NCBI GenBank assembly: GCA_002030015.1
Contig: LQBH01000013.1
Span: 145,218-209,217, forward strand
Source: a delta proteobacterium MLS_D
GTDB taxonomy: Bacteria > Desulfobacterota > Syntrophia > Syntrophales > UBA2210
Reading direction: 5' to 3'
DNA: 64,000 bases
The notes below the pieces were generated by a model. It saw only the letters and a list, made by a program, of their open reading frames with translations. It did no database searches and was not told the DNA's origin. A program made the position numbers and the translations under genes. Of this stretch, positions 58,301-64,000 are shown one piece after another; position 1 is the stretch's first letter, and every line of letters starts with the position of its first letter.

Positions 58301-58812
58301 TAAAGAAGCCGGTTTTCAAGGGCGGTTCTCGAGGCGTGACCGACAGGAAGCCGGCCGAGCCGCTCCATGGTAAAATCAACTGATTCCTTCGCCATCTGCG
58401 GTTGCATTGTTTCATCGATTATATCGAACTCGGGGTTGATTCCGCCCTCCAGGGGCGCCCGGGCCGCCAGGTAACGGCAGAAGCCGTGGAATGTCATTAT
58501 GTTAAGGGCGTTTGACGATGCGGCAAGGTCGATCCGCCCGCCGTGGCGCTCCAGTGCCCCGGCTGCGGACTGCAACAGCACGCCGTCCGCGTCGCCATCG
58601 GCGGGCGATCCGCGACGTGCCCGCTGCAGGGCGTTCACAACACGGCTTCGCATTTCCTGGGCGGCTTTTTCCGTGTAGGTGAGGGCCAGTATTTCGGAAG
58701 GATGCTCCACCGTTCCGAGGAGTTTCACAAATCGGATGGTCAGCAGCATCGTTTTGCCCGATCCGGCGGGAGACTCCACGTGAAACGACCGGGTGACGTC
58801 AAGGGCATTCAT
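55399..58812 (-). CDS. UvrD/PcrA-type helicase with C-terminal PD-(D/E)XK nuclease (AddA/RecB-like)
   Basis: Walker A ESPAGSGKT, ILIDEFQDTN, helicase motifs (FIVGDPKQSIY, TIHRAKGLEFD), and a C-terminal nuclease (IDLAVFDG...WIVDFKSG). I chose the start at ATG 58812 (AGGAA RBS), 22 nt after the upstream stop. ATG 58866 is also possible. Confidence 0.8.
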   Translation of the reverse strand: MNALDVTRSFHVESPAGSGKTMLLTIRFVKLLGTVEHPSEILALTYTEKAAQEMRSRVVNALQRARRGSPADGDADGVLLQSAAGALERHGGRIDLAASSNALNIMTFHGFCRYLAARAPLEGGINPEFDIIDETMQPQMAKESVDFTMERLGRLPVGHASRTALENRLLYHDNNRRDLEDELADIIQRRDSFADLTGTIRESGGSDPTRLTAVLKERTCFYVERRLAELEKYFVRSELGHRWNEFIHHLEAEGAAAAGMLPRQAPSARWENLYLWKAVAGVLLTKEGTPRKQLGPKTGFYQGFQKSEWGSRITGMPHRLASLLKETCEFPAEDESPADIDVLFDLIILCAEVIGDYEKLCRRRSLVDFTGLEQCALRILDTADPSELSLFLDHRLIHILIDEFQDTNRTQWKLLKYLVSGWEPGDGKTVFIVGDPKQSIYAFRNAEVGLFYEAKDGIPRPGLPPLILSSLRLDTNFRSHQRLIEWTNDLFGTTVMTDPDADADETPFSPSTAAGINGERETPRLDLAVFSDPDRDRARENEAVWLASQVKKLVVETGGTQSLGILLFTRNRLTRYLRALREAGVPVQVEEGLRLADRPETAHLIQMARLLVRPHDDLAWASLLRSPWSWCDISILVETALSEGHSWIDKIRRTSRDRRELQPIIRALDRGMMRIGRDPLGTVVRKFWEDLDGPGITAAVYGMAGVANCIRLCEILNEADRGTPQESLTRFENLMDGFYEPVDPTTARSPVKMMTIHRAKGLEFDIVFLPFLDWRSLSGGNSKNPPYLVERIPGRREDHLIATAKDRRASVPHPLYKILQRFSKQRAWGEAKRLFYVAATRARFHLVMSGVADKKNDCLSPPSDSPLTWILGHETRSRVNPGVETPSSGDSFLSVSVNPPPPGDDGRNVKNSTVVSLPPPIIITPEKPEFTVTPSPSFIPEATSGRDFPGEPVPETGKSAADTALIPARAAIRGTVLHRLLKYYIEKKRFPSSRSVVEALKREGLDGQSALDIAPTLLKEAADTVDSPFIAGLLNADGAIIHTEWKLEEALSSESIRSGAIDLAVFDGTCWWIVDFKSGSPAGGQSVDDYITSESNRYRNQIKAYRRLVEAREESQSAPIRAGIFFTAPGIWREVKP

Positions 58813-58834
58813 GCGTGATTCCTGGTCGATAAGA

Positions 58835-61555
58835 TCAATCGTCACGGCCGGTCTCCTCGTCTCCATTCTCTGCCGCCGGAAGGTCGTGCGAAAGGCCGCG
58901 AATACAGGTTGTTCGAAAGGGACACTCGGTGCAGAGGGCATCGGGTTTCCTGACATTCGAGAATGGGTAGGGGCGGGGGTCAAAACGGCCATCGGCGAGG
59001 AGGCGTCCCATGTCGGCGATAATCTCACGCCACTGGTCGAGTGATTCACCGACGCATGAAACAATACGATATTCCATGGCGTTCAATGATTTGACGTGAA
59101 TATATCCTGCAGCACAGGGCGCATTGTCGATAGTATTTTTCTGCGACGAGGCCCATTCCCGCAGCGCCATGAAGTAAACCGCGAGCTGGGGCTCGGTGAA
59201 ACGGCTGCAGAGGTCTCCCCGTGACGGAAGCCTGCCCGTTTTGTAATCAAGGCACAACCATCCTTCCTGTTCGTTGAAATCGATCCGGTCCATAATGCCG
59301 CGGACGGGGAAGGGACATCCCTGAACGGTAAGATCCGTGAAGGAACGTTCTTCGGTCAGGCAACGCCATCCTTTCGATCGGTGTTCGGCTTCCAGATCGA
59401 GCCACTGCTCGAAAATGCCGGGGAAAGCGGCATCGGCAGATCCCAGCAGCCTCCGTGCTTCGAGACGCCAGCCGGGATGATCCGCCACGTCGGCAAGTTC
59501 TTTCGAAACGCAGCGTTCGATCAATTGTTGAGCTTCATTCCGGTTATGAACGGGATCAATGCCGGATTTCCTGGCCATATCGGTGAACGAGGCGAAAATT
59601 CGGTGCAGACGTTCGCCGCGTTCCCGGCGGCTCGGGGGCGCTTCCGCTTCTTCAAGTGGTTCAATACTGAGCATCTCCTTCACCAGAAAAGTGAAGGGGC
59701 AGGAAAGGGCGGTTTTCAGGCGCGATGGCGAAAGCCCCCGTGAAAGTTTTTTGAGAAGAGCCGGGTGTGATGAAAGGGCCTGGTCGGCGTAAGGCGGGGC
59801 GTTTGCCCCGTTGCTTTCGGAATCCGCGGTGCGTTCCCATGCCGCCCGGAGCCAGGAGGCTCGGAGCCACGCCGGGTCGGGATCAGTCCAGATGTTGATG
59901 GTGTGATGTGCCGATTTTTCGGGCCAGAAGGGCGAGGGCGTGAGTGGTTTCGTGCCGTCCTGTTCGGCCCGAAACAGTTCGATCACCGGTGCCGAATGAA
60001 GAATACGGTTAAACACGACGCGGGCGAATTCAAACTGACTTTCCGCCGTTCCGCCCTGGACGAGGGCTCGTTCTGACCCGTCCATCAGGGGCAGGGGGCG
60101 CACGGGTTGCGGCAGGGAGTGGTCGTTCATGTCGAGCAGATACAGCTTGTCGAATTCAAGCCCCCGCGCTTCGATGATGCCCATGATCTGAATGCCCGCG
60201 TCTTCCGGGCGTTCGGGTTGCGTCCGTTCGAGTGACGCCCGGTGGGTCAGCCATTCGACGCATTCGGCGGCGCTCATAACCTGGTCGTTCATGTCGGTCC
60301 GGAATTCCCGAATAACGGTCGCAAGGTGTCGCCAGGCAAGACGGTCCTGCTCGTCGGCCAGTACGGGGAAACCGAGGTTTTCCCAGGTTCGGGACAAAAG
60401 ATCGATCCAGAAAGAAGGGGTACGTCCGCCGGAGGCCAGGCTGTCCCGGAGTTCTTTCAGCCTTTCGAACCAGTCTCTCAGAAGATCGTTCTCATCGCGG
60501 CCGGCGGATTCGATACAACGGCGCAGTTCTTCCAGATTCGATGAGACACCCTTTTTAAGCCACGTTCGATCGGCGCGGGCGGCCGAGTGGCGTTCTTCCC
60601 GACGCAATCCGTAATAGGAAGACAGAACCAGGGAGAGCAGGGTTTCGCGCTTTTCTCCTTCAAGGAAAAAACGCAGGGGCAGGAGGGATGCCGTAAACAG
60701 GGGAAGCCGTGAGAGCGGGGACCCCAGGGTGATGTTGAACCAGTTTTCGCCGGTTGGGAGGGTGCTTCCCAGGAGGTCTTCCAGATTCGACGACAAGGCC
60801 GGTCCGCAGGTTTCAACGTTTGGAACGATCACGCCGATCCGGTGAAGGGGAACATGCCTTGCATCTTCGACGAGCCGGCCGCAGAGGCAGGTAATTTCCT
60901 GCTCAGGCGTGGGAAGCGTTGTCGCCGTGACATCTCCCGGAACAGATCGTTGCGATTGTATGAAGGAGACCTTTGAGACTTTCCGGAGATACGAAAAAAG
61001 ATCCTTTTCGCGGGGTGATGGGAACTCGAATCCCAGGATGGAACAATCGATCGGCGGTGTAATCGCCTGCTGGCGCATGGCCGTGATTACGCGGAGAACC
61101 AGTTCCTCGGGGTGAAAATATCCCTGAGCTTCAATCCGGGCGCTGAATCGGCGTGAGACGTATCTTCGCCATTCAACGAGTGGGGTGGAAGGCGGACCCG
61201 CGAGGGGATCGATTCCGTGGCGGACCAGGATCCCGTAAGTATCGTCCAGGAGCCGGCAGAGGGAAGCCCCCCTTTCCAGCGGTTCCGGCGGGGGAGCGTC
61301 TTTCATGACGGCGCTCCAGGTACCCATGCGCCTCAGGTCCGGAGCGGGCAGTGTTTCCGGCCAGGATTCGTTCCATTCCCGGTCCAGCCATACCTTGAGA
61401 CTGACGGCGTCAGGACGCTCCCAGGCGGGATGTTCCCCTTGAATCCGGGCTCGTCGGAAATCATGAAGAAGCCGCCTGGCCAGTCTTCCCGTCGACGTCA
61501 ACCACAGACCGCCCGCGAGGTTCATAGGCATTTTTTTACCCTGTTCGCTGTTCAT
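58835..61555 (-). CDS. AddB-like PD-(D/E)XK nuclease subunit (no intact Walker A seen)
   Basis: The C-terminal nuclease is IMDRIDF...LCLDYKTG with a Cys cluster CTECPFRTTC (Fe-S type). It is adjacent to and co-oriented with the AddA-like gene. The start is uncertain (61555, 61528 or 61654). Confidence 0.7.
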   Translation of the reverse strand: MNSEQGKKMPMNLAGGLWLTSTGRLARRLLHDFRRARIQGEHPAWERPDAVSLKVWLDREWNESWPETLPAPDLRRMGTWSAVMKDAPPPEPLERGASLCRLLDDTYGILVRHGIDPLAGPPSTPLVEWRRYVSRRFSARIEAQGYFHPEELVLRVITAMRQQAITPPIDCSILGFEFPSPREKDLFSYLRKVSKVSFIQSQRSVPGDVTATTLPTPEQEITCLCGRLVEDARHVPLHRIGVIVPNVETCGPALSSNLEDLLGSTLPTGENWFNITLGSPLSRLPLFTASLLPLRFFLEGEKRETLLSLVLSSYYGLRREERHSAARADRTWLKKGVSSNLEELRRCIESAGRDENDLLRDWFERLKELRDSLASGGRTPSFWIDLLSRTWENLGFPVLADEQDRLAWRHLATVIREFRTDMNDQVMSAAECVEWLTHRASLERTQPERPEDAGIQIMGIIEARGLEFDKLYLLDMNDHSLPQPVRPLPLMDGSERALVQGGTAESQFEFARVVFNRILHSAPVIELFRAEQDGTKPLTPSPFWPEKSAHHTINIWTDPDPAWLRASWLRAAWERTADSESNGANAPPYADQALSSHPALLKKLSRGLSPSRLKTALSCPFTFLVKEMLSIEPLEEAEAPPSRRERGERLHRIFASFTDMARKSGIDPVHNRNEAQQLIERCVSKELADVADHPGWRLEARRLLGSADAAFPGIFEQWLDLEAEHRSKGWRCLTEERSFTDLTVQGCPFPVRGIMDRIDFNEQEGWLCLDYKTGRLPSRGDLCSRFTEPQLAVYFMALREWASSQKNTIDNAPCAAGYIHVKSLNAMEYRIVSCVGESLDQWREIIADMGRLLADGRFDPRPYPFSNVRKPDALCTECPFRTTCIRGLSHDLPAAENGDEETGRDD

Positions 61556-61701
61556 GGTAATTTCTGCCCAAACTGTACTGCATGACGGACGCCATGGCAA
61601 GTCCCCTGAAAATATCGATTTGAATTTGCAATTTTTGAGGGGTAGGTGGTACAAAAAAACCCTATCCCCCGCGGCGGAGGCCGTGACGTGAGGAGCGTGC
61701 C

Positions 61702-62151
61702 ATGGACTTTATAAAGATTCGGTTTAACGATGATCGAAATGCGGGTACCGGAGCCGAGCAGACAGGAACAGGTCCGACGCTTCGGTTTTTTGAACCGATG
61801 TTTACTGTCTATCGTCGCATGTGGCGTCCGGCAGTCGATATCTGCGAGACAGAGGATGACTACATTGTTTTCGTCGAGCTGGCAGGTGTGCAGGGAGATG
61901 ATCTCAGCCTTGAGATCAGCAACCGGACGGTTCGTATTTATGGAAACCGGCAGGAACGCTTGCAGACAAACAGGACCCGTTATCATCTTGCCGAGATAAC
62001 CTACGGGTACTTCGAGCGGTCGCTCACCCTTCCTATCCCCGTTGACCGGGACAGCGTGGAAGCCGTTTTCTCAGAGGGATTGCTGGAAATTCGAATACCC
62101 AAAGCCGACCAGGACACCACTGTTCGAAAGATCCTGGTGCAGGGGCGGTAA
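61702..62151 (+). CDS. Hsp20/alpha-crystallin small heat-shock protein
   Basis: WRPAVDICETEDDYIVFVELAGVQGDDLSLEI...GYFERSLTLP...AVFSEGLLEIRIPK. Confidence 0.85.
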   Translation: MDFIKIRFNDDRNAGTGAEQTGTGPTLRFFEPMFTVYRRMWRPAVDICETEDDYIVFVELAGVQGDDLSLEISNRTVRIYGNRQERLQTNRTRYHLAEITYGYFERSLTLPIPVDRDSVEAVFSEGLLEIRIPKADQDTTVRKILVQGR

Positions 62152-62198
62152 CAAGCGGACGCCGAACCGCCTAACCAAATCGAACTCTGGAGGATCCC

Positions 62199-64000
62199 AT
62201 GATTGAACAGCAGATTCCGGGAGACCTGAAAGATATAAAAATTCCCGATATTATTCCGATTATGCCTGTACTTAACGTTGTCGTTTTTCCTCACATGACC
62301 TTTCCCATGGAGGTTGTGGGGGAACGTGCCATCACCCTCGTCGACGAGGCGATGTCGGCTGACCGCCTGATAGGCATCGTGGCGATGGAAAAGCAGCCGG
62401 AAGAGGAATTGCCCAGGCCGGAAGAAATACACCACATGGGCACGGTGACGGCAATTCTGAAAATGGCCAAGACGGGAGACAACAAAGCCCAGCTCATCCT
62501 GCAGGGAGTCAGCCGTTTCAAAATAATCGAGTTCGTCGAGGGCAAGGCTTACCTCGAGGCGAAAGTGGAGAGACTTGCCGAGAAGGAGGCAACGGGTCTT
62601 GAAGTCGAGGCGCTCATGGCAAACCTGGTGGGACTGTTCGATCGAATCGTCAAACTGTCTCCCTTTCTGCCTCAGGAATTCGGCGCCATGGCGAAATCAA
62701 TCAAGGAGCCGGGCCCCCTGTCAGACATGATCGCCACCGTTATTAACGCTTCCGTTGAAGAGAAACAGGATGTCCTGGAAACCCTGGACGTAAAAAAACG
62801 TCTCGAGAAGGTGACGCGCCTGGTCAACCACCAGGTCGATATCCTGGAGTTGGGTAACAAAATACAGACGCAGATCAAGGGCGATTTCGATAAGAGCCAG
62901 CGAGAGTATTTTCTTCGCCAGCAGTTGAAGGCGATCAAGGAGGAGCTGGGCGAGGGTGAGGACGACGGGAAGCTGGAAATAGAAGAATACCGTAAAAAGA
63001 TCGAAGAAAAAGAATTGCCGGATGAGGCAAGAAAAGAAGCGGAGCGTGAACTGTCGAGACTTTCGCGCATGCATTCATCGTCGGCCGAATATACTGTTGC
63101 GGCCACCTATCTTGACTGGATAACGGAGCTTCCCTGGAACGAGGAAACAAAAGACAGGCTCGACATCAAAAGAGCGAGAAGGATTCTCGATGAAGACCAT
63201 TACGGGCTCGAGAAGCCGAAAAGAAGGGTCATCGAGTACCTGTCAGTCCGCAAGCTGAAGCCGGATACGAAAGGGCCGATCCTCTGTTTTGCCGGTCCTC
63301 CGGGGACGGGGAAAACATCTCTCGGAACGTCGATCGCGCGAGCGCTGGGACGGAAATTCGTCAGGATTTCTCTCGGGGGCGTTCGGGACGAGGCTGAAAT
63401 ACGGGGTCACCGCCGCACCTATGTCGGGGCGCTTCCCGGAAGAATCATTCAGGGTATGCGGCGGGCCGAAACGAAAAATCCCGTGTTCATGCTCGATGAA
63501 ATAGACAAGCTGGGAAGCGATTTCCGCGGCGATCCCTCGTCCGCTCTGCTGGAAGTCCTTGATCCTGAGCAGAACAACAGCTTTGTCGATCATTACCTCG
63601 ATGTCAGTTTTGATCTTTCGCGGGTCATGTTTATCACGACGGCGAATATTCTGGAAACGATTCCGCCGGCGCTGCGTGACCGTCTCGAAGTGATCGAGCT
63701 GCCGGGCTACACGCTGGAAGAAAAAATAAAGATTGCCGAACGGTACCTCATTCCGCGCCAGATCAGGGAAAACGGATTGAAACCTGGACTCATACGTTTT
63801 ACGAAGGCGGCCAAGAAGGAAATAATCACGTCTTACACCAGGGAAGCGGGGGTCAGGAATCTCGAACGCGAGTTAGCCAACGTCTGCAGAGCTGTGGCCA
63901 GTTCCGTCGCCGCTGGAGAAACCTCGAAGGCGGTCATCGGTATGAAAAATCTTCAGAAATATCTTGGACCTCCGAAGGTCACCTACGAGAAAAACACCCG
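62199..64000 (+). CDS. lon: ATP-dependent Lon protease, 3'-truncated by window edge (absent from ORF track because no stop in window)
   Basis: GGAGGA RBS + ATG 62199. My translation gives MIEQQIPGDLKDIKIPDIIPIMPVLNVVVFPHMTFPMEV (LON N-domain). It also gives ...EYFLRQQLKAIKEELGE..., Walker A GPPGTGKTSLG, Walker B VFMLDEIDK, and TREAGVRNLERE. The frame is open to nt 64000. Confidence 0.95.
   Translation, partial: MIEQQIPGDLKDIKIPDIIPIMPVLNVVVFPHMTFPMEVVGERAITLVDEAMSADRLIGIVAMEKQPEEELPRPEEIHHMGTVTAILKMAKTGDNKAQLILQGVSRFKIIEFVEGKAYLEAKVERLAEKEATGLEVEALMANLVGLFDRIVKLSPFLPQEFGAMAKSIKEPGPLSDMIATVINASVEEKQDVLETLDVKKRLEKVTRLVNHQVDILELGNKIQTQIKGDFDKSQREYFLRQQLKAIKEELGEGEDDGKLEIEEYRKKIEEKELPDEARKEAERELSRLSRMHSSSAEYTVAATYLDWITELPWNEETKDRLDIKRARRILDEDHYGLEKPKRRVIEYLSVRKLKPDTKGPILCFAGPPGTGKTSLGTSIARALGRKFVRISLGGVRDEAEIRGHRRTYVGALPGRIIQGMRRAETKNPVFMLDEIDKLGSDFRGDPSSALLEVLDPEQNNSFVDHYLDVSFDLSRVMFITTANILETIPPALRDRLEVIELPGYTLEEKIKIAERYLIPRQIRENGLKPGLIRFTKAAKKEIITSYTREAGVRNLERELANVCRAVASSVAAGETSKAVIGMKNLQKYLGPPKVTYEKNT

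Noticed and set aside
61603-61642. Inverted repeat CCCCTGAAAAT-(17 nt)-ATTTTTGAGGGG upstream of hsp20-lon as a heat-shock operator
   Set aside because: It does not match CIRCE (TTAGCACTC-N9-GAGTGCTAA) or HAIR (CTTGAGT-N7-ACTCAAG). No sigma32-type -35/-10 with proper spacing is present. It may lie inside the addB-like 5' end if that gene starts at 61654, which makes it too ambiguous to call.
55399-61654. Large helicase + nuclease gene pair as a possible novel defence system
   Set aside because: The architecture is UvrD-type helicase with a C-terminal PD-(D/E)XK nuclease, plus a partner with a PD-(D/E)XK nuclease and a CxxCx5C Fe-S cluster. This matches the AddAB/RecBCD-type recombination-repair complex. 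The pair sits among housekeeping genes with no other defence hallmarks.

Overview
This 64-kb chromosomal window looks like an anaerobic, sigma54-rich deltaproteobacterium of the Syntrophales/Desulfobacterota type. That assignment is inferred from gene content only: 4-hydroxybutyryl-CoA dehydratase, dienoyl-CoA reductase, several CoA-dependent beta-oxidation genes, three sigma54 enhancer-binding proteins, and a candidate selenoprotein.

Housekeeping and ordinary genes:
- Energy and transport: pntAA (cut by the left edge), pntAB and pntB; a BCCT transporter with an OpuAC-like binding protein; two oppDF-like ABC ATPases.
- CoA metabolism: a thiolase/hbd/acyl-CoA dehydrogenase cassette.
- RNA genes: tRNA-Lys(CTT) and tRNA-Arg(TCG).
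- Proteolysis and translation: pepA, an M48/TPR peptidase, cmk-rpsA and sppA.
- DNA repair and stress: an AddAB-like helicase-nuclease pair, hsp20, and lon. lon runs off the right edge, so it is missing from the ORF track.

Main hunt result: a system I cannot assign to any characterised pathway is present twice.
- Copy A is at about 9.8-16.2 kb on the minus strand. Copy B is at about 27.8-31.7 kb on the plus strand.
- Each copy has a -24/-12 (sigma54-type) promoter and a divergently transcribed PAS-sigma54 activator.
- Each copy encodes four shared components: a Tat-signal COG1237-type metallo-beta-lactamase-fold protein, a paralogous ~10-12-TM aromatic-rich membrane protein, a conserved unknown domain, and a small protein with an RRxFF N-terminus.
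- The unknown domain is free-standing in copy B. In copy A it is fused to a COG0523/CobW GTPase.
- Copy A additionally carries a NifX-like protein and a frameshifted tandem-domain lipoprotein.
- Copy B, together with a CoA-transferase and a MaoC dehydratase, sits on a ~9.4-kb segment. That segment is bracketed by ~80-bp direct repeats and by transposase debris.

Other notable items:
- A peroxiredoxin-like gene with an in-frame TGA at the redox-Cys position (candidate selenocysteine).
- A 21-bp tandem repeat in the copy-A control region.
- A probable non-ATG start for activator B.
- A stand-alone sigma70-region-4 mini-protein.

All homology calls rest on motif recognition by eye. No database search was run.
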